In this document: positions 24,601-35,778 of the stretch, piece by piece | How the letters are laid out: each line of letters begins with the position of its first letter | Position numbering within the stretch: position 1 is the first letter of the stretch | Origin: Cyanophora paradoxa CCMP329 | Lineage: Eukaryota > Plantae > Glaucophyta | Direction: 5' to 3' | NCBI GenBank assembly: GCA_004431415.1 | Contig: QPMI01000081.1 | Span: forward strand, 1-64,000 | DNA: 64,000 bases | Notes under the pieces: generated by a model | The model's database searches: none | Seen by the model: the letters and a program-made list of their open reading frames with translations, nothing else | Told to the model about the DNA's origin: nothing | Made by a program: the position numbers and the translations under genes

Positions 24601-27600
24601 TCCACCAGATCCGCCTGTACCTCGGCGCTGGCGACCTCTGCAAGCGGTCCGCGATCTCCGCCTTGCCATCTCTCTCCTCCTCTCTCATCTCCTTCCTTCC
24701 TTACTCCGCCTCGAGCAGGTACATCGAGCTGTGCAAGCAGTGGGTGGAGACGCAGTGGCACCTCCGGGACACGCAGGTCCGCCTACGCCACGTCAAAACC
24801 AAACAAACCAACCAATCAACTTCTAACGTCTTCCTTCCCTTGCACAGGAGCACCTCTCAGTGCTGCGGTGGGACATGTTCGACCTCGGCGCGCACAGAGC
24901 CGAGCGGCAGCGCTTCGAGCAGGCCTGCCGGACGCTCCTCGGCACCCTCTGGCTCGACAACTACCGCCGCTGGTGCCCCTTCTCCTTCCTTTCCTTTCCT
25001 TCTTCTTTCTTTTCCTTTCTTCCTTTTTGACGCCCTTTCTTTCTTTTCTTCCTTTCTCCGCAGCCTGTCGGGGTACGTGGAGCGGCAGGCGGAGCGCCTC
25101 TACGAGAGCCTGCTGCTGGAGGCCGAGGCTCAGGAGCGCAAGAAACGGGAGGAGGAGGAGAGGCGCGCTTTCTCTCTCTATCTTTGAGCTCTGCTCTGCT
25201 TCCCTTTGCTTGAGTCTTACGCCTCCGTGGCGCAGGCGGCGGAAGCGGGAGGAGGAGGAGCGGAAGAAGAAACGCGACGAGGAGGAAGAGAGGCGCGTAC
25301 CCCTGTGACGTTTGTGGCTCCTTTTCCGCTCCCTCTGCCTTACGCGGCGCGTGGGATGCAGGAGAAGAAAGCGGGAGGAGGAGGAGGAGGAGGCGCGCAG
25401 GAGGGAGGAGGAGGCGCAGGCGGCGGCGCGGGCGGCCGCGGCCGCCGCGGCCGCCGTCTCCGCTGCCCCCGGGGACGCCAAGCCCTCGGTGGAGAAGCGC
25501 GGGAAGAAGAAGAAGCAGGACGCGCCTCCCGTACCCCCCGCCTCGGCCCCTGCACCCCCGCCGGCCCTCCTCCCCACCCCCGTTCCCGCCGCCTCGCCGC
25601 CGCCCCCCTCTTCGTCGTCTTCCGTACCCCCTCCGGCCCCCGCCCCCCGCCCCGGCCTGATGCCTCTCATCACTCTCATGTCCGCCAACGCCGCCGCCTC
25701 CGCCGCCGCCGCCGCCGTAGGACCGCCCCCCGGGATCGTGACCCTCGCATCTGTACCCCGGTCCCCTGCGAAGCCCCCGGCGCCCCCTCCCGCGCCCAGC
25801 CCCCCCGCGGCTTCAGCCCCCATCCCCTCCCCGGCCCAGGCCCCGGGCCCCTCGTCCCCCCTCCGGCAGCCGCCCCTGGCCCTCGCCTCGCCCCCCGCCT
25901 CCCCCTCCCCCTCCCCCTCCGACGGCGAGGACGACTTCAAGAGCCTCACCGGTACCCCCCTGGCTTCCCCCTACCCCCTCTTTCACACTCACGCGGCCGC
26001 AGGGAGCGTCGCATCGCACGCGGCGGCGCCGGCGCCGTCGGCTGCGGCGCGGGGGCCCCAGCGGGAGGCCGGGTGCCAGACGGACGCGAGCGGGGCTCCG
26101 GAGCGCCTGCCGACGAGGGCGCCGCCTCCGCCGCGGCGGCGGCGGCGCTGCTGGCGAAGCTGGAGCAGCGGCTCCGCGAGGAGCGCGCCGAGAAGAAAAA
26201 GGCCAAAGAGCGCATCGCGGAGCTGGAGGCGGAGCACGCGGCGGAGCTGCGGGCGGCCGGCGAGGGCGCCGCCCGCCGCGGCGCCGACGTGGAGCGCGAG
26301 GCGGCGGAGGCGCGCGGGCGCGTCCAGGCGCTGGAGGCGGCGCTGGAGGAGGCGAGGCGCGAGGCGCGGCGGGAGCGCGAGGCGTCGCAGCGGCGGGCGG
26401 CGGAGGTCGAGGGCGAGCGGCGGCGCCGCGCGGAGGCCGAGGGCAAGGCCGAGGGCCTCGCGGCGGCGCTGGAGGGCCTCGGGGGCGAGCTCTCGGCGCA
26501 GCGGGGCGCGCTGGGCGCCGCCGAGCACCAGGTCCGTGTCAGCGCGCGCTGCGCGCTCTCTGGGACGGATAGGCTAGAGGGGACACCGCCCGCTTCTGCG
26601 GGCACGCCTAGTGCTCTCCACTGCCCTTTCACCTTACAAATCTCGTCCGGCGCCAGGCGCGGCAGATGCAGGCCGAGCTGGAGGCGCTAAGGCGGCACGT
26701 GGCGACGCTTCGGGGCAGCGCGGAGGCGCTGGGCGAGCTGAGCGTCGCGGAGCTGCAGCAGCTGGTCCAGGGCCTCGTCTTCTCGTTCACGGTGGCCAAC
26801 CACGCGCTCGCCGCCAAGCTGGGCCAGGAGGGAGGGGGCGGAGGCGGGGGCGGAGGCGGGGGTGGGGGCGGAGGGCACTTCCCGAACCCGCCATCCCCGC
26901 TCTCGGCCCAGTCCTCCTCCTCGTCCTCCTCCTCCTCGGGATTCCGCCCGGGCTCCAGCGCGGCCACTGCGGCGGCGGCGGCCGCGGCGGCGGCGGTGGC
27001 GGCCGCGGCGTCGGGCCAGGCCCAGAACCCCTTCCTCGGCATCTTCGGCCAGGGCGGCCAGGGCGGCTCGTCCCCCCGGGACGGCCAGCCCGGCGGGGGG
27101 GGAGGGAAGGAGGGGGGGTCCCTCTTCCACAACGACCCCCTCCTCCTGGGAGCCATGCTCCGCGGCGATCCCAAGCCCGGGGGTACGCCGTCGGGCCCGG
27201 GGGCCGGGCCCAAGAACGCCGCCCCGTCGCCCCCGCCCCCCAAGCCGCCCTCCCTCTCCCCGCCGCGCATGGCCGCCCGCCAGGGGCGGCAGCCGCACCC
27301 GGGGCAGCGGGGCGCGGGGGGTACGTGGCAGGCCCCGTCCATGGGGGCCTACGACCTCGCCGGCGGCCCCCTCCCCTCGGAGTACCCCCCGCACGCCGTC
27401 GCCCGTGCGTACCCCTCCCGCGTGCGTCCCCTCCGATCGCATTCTCCTGACCCAGTACCCCGGCAGACTGGGCCGTCTCCGGCCAGGAGGCCTCTCAGCG
27501 CCCGCCCGCCGGCGGCAACGGCCCGCCCTTCGTCACGCGCAACGCCCCACTGCCGGGCTCCGGGGGCGGCAAGCGAGGCGTTCTCGGGTGAGCGTACCCC

Positions 27601-27913
27601 TCTCGTCGGCCGATCCGACGCCGGCATCCGAGCCCGGCGCCAGGTCCCAGGGGGGGTACGGGAGGAGGAGCCCCCCGAACGGGGACCCCCGGGACGGCTC
27701 CGCCCCCCCTTCCCTCTCCCCCCCTGGCGGCGCCCCGGAACGCTGGGGCATCCCGCAGCATTCGGGCCTGGGGATGGAGGGCCTCTCTATGGGGGCGGTG
27801 GGCCCCGAGGCGCCCTACCTGAAGGGCGTACCCCGGGGCGGGGCGGGCGCCGGCCAGCCCCCCGGAGTGCTCTTGGATGCGTCGGGGATGGGGCGGCCCC
27901 GCTGACGTTGTAG
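18613..27913 (+). CDS. Large, highly intron-rich protein with charged coiled coils and low-complexity C-terminus (NST1-like architecture, function unknown)
   Basis: Exon chain read by eye: MTADSSSAAKRRAKAKARKKQ; MTRLREQWQRMSTEERRAFVEKECLL; VCELTNLRDDWSRFFLK; SEDVLIHCELERRGDVISCDKME; LREELVGYLKALAAEG; YIELCKQWVETQWHLRDTQ; LSGYVERQAERLYESLLLEAEAQERKKREEEE; MQAELEALRRHVATLRGSAEALGELSVAELQQL; stop at 27913. Start uncertain. Confidence 0.7.
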
Positions 27914-28690
27914 CCGCCCTGTACCATAGCACCGTAGCTATGCATGCTGTAGCCTGGAAGTGGTTTCGCGAGCGGACGCGAGCGAGAAAATTTCAAATTG
28001 AAGAGGAAGCATATGCATCACGACTCACGAGCTGAAGGCGAGAGGGGGTACAGAATCTAGTCAGGGAGCATTCGATCGGCGCACTTGAGCAGACGAGCGC
28101 TTCGTAGGCGCGTAGAAGGAGTGGGAACATCGATCGAACTGCAGCGTGCGGAGCCTTGGCCTTCGAGCGCGGACGGCGGACTTCGGGACGCGATAGGAGA
28201 AGATCCTCGCCGGAGCGAGTGCCGGGGGCGCTTTGGAGTCGTGAGGTGAGCTTCTGCGCGCTTCTGCGTGCTTCGGCGAGCACGGCAGGGCGGGAACTGG
28301 TCATGACCAGCGAAGGCAATTGCAAAGCGCAGATGCTCGACACGGCGCTGTGGCTGCGTGCGAGCGAGGCGCTCTGCTGAACGAGTACAAGGTGCGCGCT
28401 TACGTCGGAAAGCGCCGCCTCCGCGGCCCCTTCCGCTGGTAGCTTACCGCAGCAATTGCAAGTTTGATTCCATTCGCAGGTCGTGGCTGCGCTGGCCTGC
28501 TGTGACCGATCGAGAACAGCTGCAGCTCTAGCGTACTTACGCGTACGCCTCGAGCTTCGACTGCAGCCGCTGCAGCTGGCCGCCCAGGACCCTTAGGCCC
28601 CCGCGCGCGGCCGGCGCTCCAATCCTCGCGCGCGCAGCTGCAACCTGAGCTTCCGGCCAGCTGCAGCTTCAGCCATAGCTTATATCAAAC

Positions 28691-31600
28691 ATGAGCTGGG
28701 CGTCGGCAGGCGGCTCGGCGCCTGACCCCGACGTCCACGATGAATCTATAGCGAGGCAACTGTTGAATTTCAAGCTTGCTGCGGCCGCTCACGATCACGA
28801 ACGACCGCTTGCTGGCGCCCTGGCAGCGCGCGCCATCGAGCACTTTCTGGCCGCGGCGGGGACGAAGACGCAGGCCCCATCGTCGACGTCGTGCGCATTT
28901 GCCATTCTTGAGCTTGTCTTAATTATCTTCCCAAGAGATGCACATCTGCGACGAGAGATGCTTATCGGCCGTGTCGCAGATCAAGCGACGCGGTGCAGGA
29001 TGTCAGTTCCAGTGCTTCGAAGACGGGGGGAGGCGGATCCGGGCGCAGCAGGGCGCCGAGTAAGACGGCTGCGTCCAATTCCCCATCCTCTGCACCTGGT
29101 GCGGCATCGGTTTTACTCCCAAAATAATGCGCAAGAATCTTTCTCGGCTTCTAACTAATTTGCACTTGCGCATCCCCTTTAGGTCCGTCTTCTGGATGGG
29201 CGCCGACTCTGGTAACCGATGTGGTCAACGAGCTATGCGGCCGGGATCGGTCTGGCGCGGGCACCAGTACCCGCCAGGCGCACGGGCGCCGCCGCCTCTT
29301 CATGCAGCCGCCTTCGAAGGACGCGGCCGAGGCTCGGGTCATGTGGGACCGGCTGTCCGCCGCGGACGCCGCGAGCTTCCTCGGCGGCCCCGACGCCGTC
29401 ATGCCCCTCGCAGCCGTGGCGGAGCAGCTGCAGCGCTGGGGCCTCGCGTCGGAAGCCGTGGATCGGGTCGCGCGCGGCGTCGTCGCAGCCTCGGCAGAGC
29501 CCGACCTGTTCGCCCCGACGCCTTGTCTGCCTCAGCTACCCTTCGTTTCGACACTCTTCCGCGTCGCCACGTCCTTCACCACCTTGCGGATGAGACTCTC
29601 GGACCCCGGATCCCCTCAAGAAAAGGACACTCGAGATGAATTCAGCGTCGAAGAATTAGACTATCAAGTCTCAGTCGACGGAGACTTGAAGATTCCCAGC
29701 GAGATGCTTCGTGCACTGTGGAACGAAGGGGCGCCCGAACTCGTGCAGCAGCCTCCATTCTTTCGATCAGTATCTGTCCATGTCCACAAGAGCACTGACA
29801 GCCCCGGATCATCTGTTGCAGAGGCTGCCGATGTCTCTGGGCCAGCGGCAGCTGCAGCCAGCTGCAGCGACAGCTCGGACTCAAGAACATCGAGTACTAG
29901 TGACTCGGCGGGCCGAGTGCATGGCCGTTTTGCCGCGACAGCCGTCCACGAACGTCCATGGCCAGTTCTTCAGCTCGCGGGGAAGAAGCAAGCAAAGAGC
30001 GTCCCGCTGTTCACCGTGCCAACCGATCCCGACAATTGCAAGCCCCAGCCACAAAAGCCAGCTGCAGCTGCGACCAGCGTGTTCGGAGCTATCAAATCCA
30101 CATTTTGGAAGCCGTTAGCGTTTATCACGACGCCCGAGCCCCAGCCAAAGCCAGCGCCATTGCACTCCCTCGTGGTAATCCAGTGCAGCGCGAGTCCAAA
30201 GGACGCTTGTGGTCTTTGGGACGGCGAGCCGGACTGGACTAAGGGTTCGCGATCGCGACCCTTCGGCTCCGATTTCGATTTCGATGCGTGAGCTTCTAAC
30301 GCTTCTTTCTGGGTTTTCAGGACGCGTGGTTATTCGCTGGTCGTTCGATGGCCAATCGCTCGTGGAGGCGCTCACGCTGGCGATGCTGGCGGGGCTTCAG
30401 CCTCCGTTCGCCTTCTGCCCCACTCAGATCGACCTGTCCCCCGCGACTCGCGCGTTCGAGTGCTCTGGAGTGCGGCCGGCCCTACCGTGCGGCGCCGGTG
30501 TGCACTCGGTGGGCGTCATCGCGCTCTCGGTCCAGCTGCTGAGCCCAGCCAACGTCGAAGCCCTGGAGTGCCGCTTCGCCAACGTCGCTGTGCCCGCCGA
30601 CCTCCTCGCCCTGAACTTCCGTGCGCTCCGAGTCTCATCATATAACTAATACTGTAGCAAAATCTGACGTATCTAACTTCATCTTATCTAACTTACATAT
30701 GACTAGTACTGTAGCGAAATGTTGCCGCGTGCTGACCTCGCGTGCTCGCAGCCCCTCGCCAGCCTCCCTCCGGTGGAGGGTGCCGGAGGAGGAAGGGCAC
30801 GTGCTCGGCCTGTTTCTACTGCGAGGCCGCGCGCGACTTCCCAAACCCGGTCCCTTTCCCAGTCACAGCACAGCCCCAGCCCATTGCGGGCATCCGCCCT
30901 GCGCATGCATTCGATGCGCGGGCTTCAGCAGACTGGCCCGCGATCCCAGAAGCGTACAGGTGCTCTTGTCCGAACTCGGCGGTTTTGTTGCTCGCTACAC
31001 AATATTCATGCATTGTTCGTTTTCGCAGGGGGAAGCTTGTCGAATTCATTCAGTTAAGAGTATCCGGTCAGAGCCATGGATCTGATGATCAGCCATCAAC
31101 TTCCACAGAAGGCAGTCTAAGCTCCCTATACCATTTGCAGGTGCTCATGTTTCATGCTTCCGTATTTTATTGCTTGAGCACTAGTGCCGAGCCGAACTAA
31201 CTTTGGGTCCGCAGGAAGGGCGGAATGCCGCCGCTGCAGCCGTTCGGTCGGCCGAGAAGGATGGCCGCGCCGCGGCTCGAAAGCTTTTCAAGGCTGACGG
31301 CTTCCCCGCTTCCGGCTATGTGCGCGTGAACGCAAACGTCGAGCCGGAGTCCTCGTCTCCCGCTACTGCTAGGGCATCGGTGCCGGCGCCGGAGAACGAG
31401 GACGCGAAAGAAGCGAAGCCGCAGTCGCAGCAGCAGCAACAGAAGAAGAAGAAGGGCGGCAAGAAGAGCAAGAACGTTAACGAGCTCAAAGGCGAGGACG
31501 ACTTCGACGTCGTTTTCGGGCTCGAGGACGAGGAGCCCACGGGCGACAACAGCGAGGAGGCAGATTTCGCAGCCGACCCCTTCCGCGTGCTGCGGTTCCA

Positions 31601-33049
31601 CGCTTCGCGCCTCCAGAACGGGCGCGTGGTGTTCTGGTTTGGCTCCAGGTTCGAACCTCGGGGATCCTGATTCCTGATCAGTATATGCGCCCTTGAATAT
31701 CCGTGATATGTTTGTTCCAACCTTCGCGCCTGCTTTGCACGCAGACCCGCGTTTGCCGATCGCGAGGAGTCGACGTCGGCCGACCATCGCCTTTTGATTA
31801 CTTACGTGGTGCGCGCGGGCTGTTATATATACTCCGCGTCGCATGCGTCAGTCAGCCGGTTTACCAGTCAGCAGATGCATCCCCTCGAGCACGTCGTCAC
31901 AGAAGTCCTCCATGGCCTCGCAAAGGCCGAGCCCGGCCTCCTCTCGAGACATGGCATGCAGTGGGTTATCATGCAGGTGCGGAGCTATTAAATATATATC
32001 CCCGCTCAAGAATTCATTCTTCTAGCTCTGTTATAATTAGATAGTCCCGAGCTTGAGCTTGAATTTATCTCTCTCGAGCGCAGGCGATCGCTGCCTGCAC
32101 GAAGGGGGTGGCCGAGGGTGTGCTCTCGCGCAAGCAGTGGGGGACGAATTCGAAGGGCGGATCCGAGTCCGATCGCGCTCGCGAGGTTGACGTCGAGGAG
32201 ACGGCGTGGGAGGAGGCCCGGCGGGAGATCGTACTGGGCATGAAGCTAAAGGGCGGCGAAACCTCGTTGTGCGTTCAATTTAATTTCCAAGGCCTTAATT
32301 ATAAGCTTAAGTGTAGCGGGTTCGGGCTCGCTGACCTGGAGGGGCGCCGCAGCGAGCAGCGCCTGGGCTTGGACGTGTACGCGCTCGTTCTGACCGCTCT
32401 GCGGGCCATCGTCCGCCGTGTGTTCTCCAAGGTGCGCCCCGGCCCGGCCCGGCCCGACGCCTGGCCTGCGCCGCCGCCTTGTTCGGGTTGCTGATCATGA
32501 GCCCCGGCGGCGGCAGCCGCAAAAGGAGAATGGAGAAGAAGAAGGAGAAGGAGAAGGGCAAGCTGGGGTGCTCAGAGTCGCTCGAATCGCGCGGGAGCAG
32601 GGCCAGGCGCTGGCGCACGTCCTGGGGCGCCTTAAGGAGCGGGACGAGGAGCTGGAGGACGTCCCAGCGGCCGTCGTCGAGCTCAAGCGCCGCAAGATCT
32701 TGGAGCAGGCGGCCGCGTGGGCGGGCGCCCTGCAGCAGCACATGGCAGCGCAGACGCGGCTCTCCGGCGCTTGCTTGGAGTTCGCGGAGGCGTCCCACCG
32801 GGTCGGCGCGCGCCGCCGCTGGCTCCGCGCCTGCTCGGAGCTGGCGCTGGCGGCGTGGGCGGAGTGGGCGGCGCCCCGGCTCCGCAGCCTCCTTGAGGGG
32901 CGCGCCGAGGCGGCCCGAGAGGCTCTCGTGGCAGAGCAGCCGGCGGGGGCAGAGGCGGCGGGTGCGCCGTCGTCCACCACGCCGCCGTCCTCCGCCAAGC
33001 AGCGGAAGGCGGCGAAAGAGCGGCGGCGCGCGGCGCGGCAGCAGCTGCA

Positions 33050-33082
<33 letters not shown>

Positions 33083-35325
33083 AGGCGCCGCGGGCCCCGC
33101 GGGGCGCAGCAAGCAGGCGCAAGCGGGCGGCGGCAGCAGCAGTAGCGACGAGGATTCGGACGGCGAGGAAGCTGCGGGCGCGGGCGCGGGCGCGGCGGGG
33201 CCCGCGCCATCGTCCGACAAGGCCCATATACATCCCGCGACGCAGGTGCGCTCGGGATTCCATGCCGCATTGAAATTATATGCGGCAATCGATCGTGAGC
33301 GGGCGCGGGCGTGGGCCGCAGCTGCCGGAGGCCGCGGGCGCGGAAGAAGACCTGGAGATGCGGGAGCTGCGGGAACAGGTGGCGGTGCGCCTGGCCTGTC
33401 CAATCTAGAAACTAGCAACTAGAAACTAGAAACTAGAAACCACTAGAAACTAGAGACTAGAAGACACTAGATCTATATTCTAGCGCGAGCAGGTGGCGGC
33501 GCGAATTTTACAGATTATCATAATAATTATGCTTAAGCTTTCCTGATCACGATCATGAGCTCTAGCTTGCGCCTTCCGGCTCCTCGATCGCGAGTTCCGT
33601 CTGACTCCGGATTCGAACTCTCTGCCGCTCGCGCAGCGGGAGGAGGCGCTGCTGCGCTCGCAGCGGGCGGCGCTCAAGGACCTCGAGGGCCGCCTCGACG
33701 AGCTCGCCGACCGCCGGCACGCCGCCGGCCTCGCGGCCCGGGTGCGTGCGCTTATAATTAGTTAGCCTATACGCCTTAATTAGATTAGATTATAAATTAG
33801 ATTAGGAAGATGCATAGATTGCAAACATCTAGATCTAAAGCGATCAGTACGCTTCCTAGTGATTTTGATTTAGGGTCTTTGAGGTCGAGGCCGGCTGACG
33901 CTTATAGAATAAAGGCTGACGCTGACGTCTGAGCCGGACTGAGACTAGACGCCTGCGAGAGAGGGGCTCAGTCCGCCGACGTCGTCACTCGTGTTCGGGG
34001 CAGGTGGCGGCGGCGCGCGCGAAGCTCGAATCCCTCGCCGCGGAGGAGGTTCGTTCATCTTACAATCACAATAATAATAGCGTTGCGAGGGGCCTGGCAT
34101 GGCCTGGCCTTAGGACGTACCCTAGTTTATCTAGAGCATCTAGGAATGATCTAGTTCTATCAGAAAGCCTCGCCTGGCCTTGCCTTGCCTGAGGACGTGC
34201 TGGCCGGACCTGAGGAGGGGCGCAGGGCGGGGACGGAGAGGAGAGCGACGGGGCGCTCGGGGCGCGCCTCGCGGCGGCCGAGGCGGCGGAGGCGGCCGCC
34301 GCCCGCGAGCTTGCGGCCCTCCGGTGCGCCCTCCCGTCGCTCGAAGCTCAAGCTTTAGCTTCAAATATATATAGCTCGCTTAAGATTATGCTAAAGCTTC
34401 GATTTAGAATTAAGAGGCTTCGAATTCTTCTTCTTCTTGTTCTTCTAGAATTAGTCGCTTAAAGCTTGGACACCGGAGGGCCGCCGCCGGCGAGCTCGCC
34501 GCCCGACTTCTTCTTCTCCGACACAGCCCTGCCTTCTTTCTGAAGATGCCCCCTCGCATCGTCGTCTCGTCCGGTCTGACGTCGGCGACACATCCTTCCC
34601 TTATTTCCAAAGATGCTGTCTCGTTCTGTCTCTTAGCTCGCGTCTAGCTTTATTGTATCCTTAGATCCTTATAGCCTTCAATCCTGTCTCTAAAGATCCT
34701 TATAATGGACTTAGCTCGCATCGTCGTCTCGTCCGGTCTGACATCGGCGCCGGGCGGCCCGGGCGGCCCGGGCGCGCGCGCAGAGGGGATCCGGAGGCGC
34801 TGGAGGCGCTGGAGAGCGGGCGCCTCCTCGCCCTCCTCGCCGCCCTCGCCGCCGGCCTCCAGGCGAGCAATTCATATCCACAGCTTTAAGCTCAATCTCG
34901 CTTAGGTTCCGCTCCAGTTGAGCTAGTACCGTTTCGCTTTACTCTTTCTTATTAATTGTGCGCCTCCTCGCCCTCCCTCGATCCTCGCCGCCCTCGGCGC
35001 CGCGGCCGGCCTCCAGGCGAGCTCTAGCGACTAATTAATATAGCATTCGAAGCGTTATTAGCTGAAGCTCCCTTATATTTCGGCGCCGACTTTAAAACTA
35101 AAGCGTTCTTGAAAAGATCTAGAGCGACTCGTTCCTCGCTTCGAAGCCTTTCGTCTAACTGGAGCTTGGGCGCAGGCGACGGAGGGAATCGACGGCGCGG
35201 CTGCCCGGGGCGAGGCGGGGGCCGGGGCCGGGGCCGGGGCGGAGCTCGAGGGACGCGCGAAGTGCGGGGAGGAGGAGGAGGAGGAGGAAGACGAGTCGGA
35301 CCTGCTAAGCCAGTGCCTCGCGTAG
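28691..35325 (+). CDS. Large multi-exon protein of unknown function with C-terminal coiled coil
   Basis: ATG 28691 (MSWASAGGSAPDPDVHDES). Large exons within ORFs 29221-30291, 30209-30649, 31203-31670, 32108-32494 and 32418-33422, then small coiled-coil exons. Last exon ATEGIDGAAARGE...EDESDLLSQCLA* ends at 35325. Confidence 0.65.
33405..33472 (+). repeat. (CTAGAAA)n-like intronic minisatellite
   Basis: tctagaaactagcaactagaaactagaaactagaaaccactagaaactagagactagaagacactag. Confidence 0.85.
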
Positions 35326-35778
35326 CGTAATTTAGATTTAGCGATAGGGTAGTGCGACACCTCGCAAACAATTCGCTGATGCGGCCCGTGATATCGATGT
35401 GGGTGCTGGGGCATCAAAAGCCTTTGGATCCCGTCCCTGCGAGACACTGCTAACTTGAGCCAATTGCAATGGGGCCAGTGCCGTTGGCGCCTCGCGTATA
35501 CGTAGCTCCAGCTGAAGCCGGCCGCGGCGCCTGTCTCGTGTTTCGATAGGGCAGTGCATGCGCAGAACTTTCGCAAACAATATGCAGCTCAATTTCGAGA
35601 GCCTGCAGCTCCCTCGCCTCTTCGAATTCCGGCGTGTTTCAGGGTCGCGGGGCTGCAGCTGGGGCACCAAGCCTTGAGGCGCCTTAGGATCCGGACCGGA
35701 GACTCCACCTGCGATATATATAATTTAATTTAGTCATGAACATATCTCGATCTGACTATGTTCTGCACTGCGGTAGGT

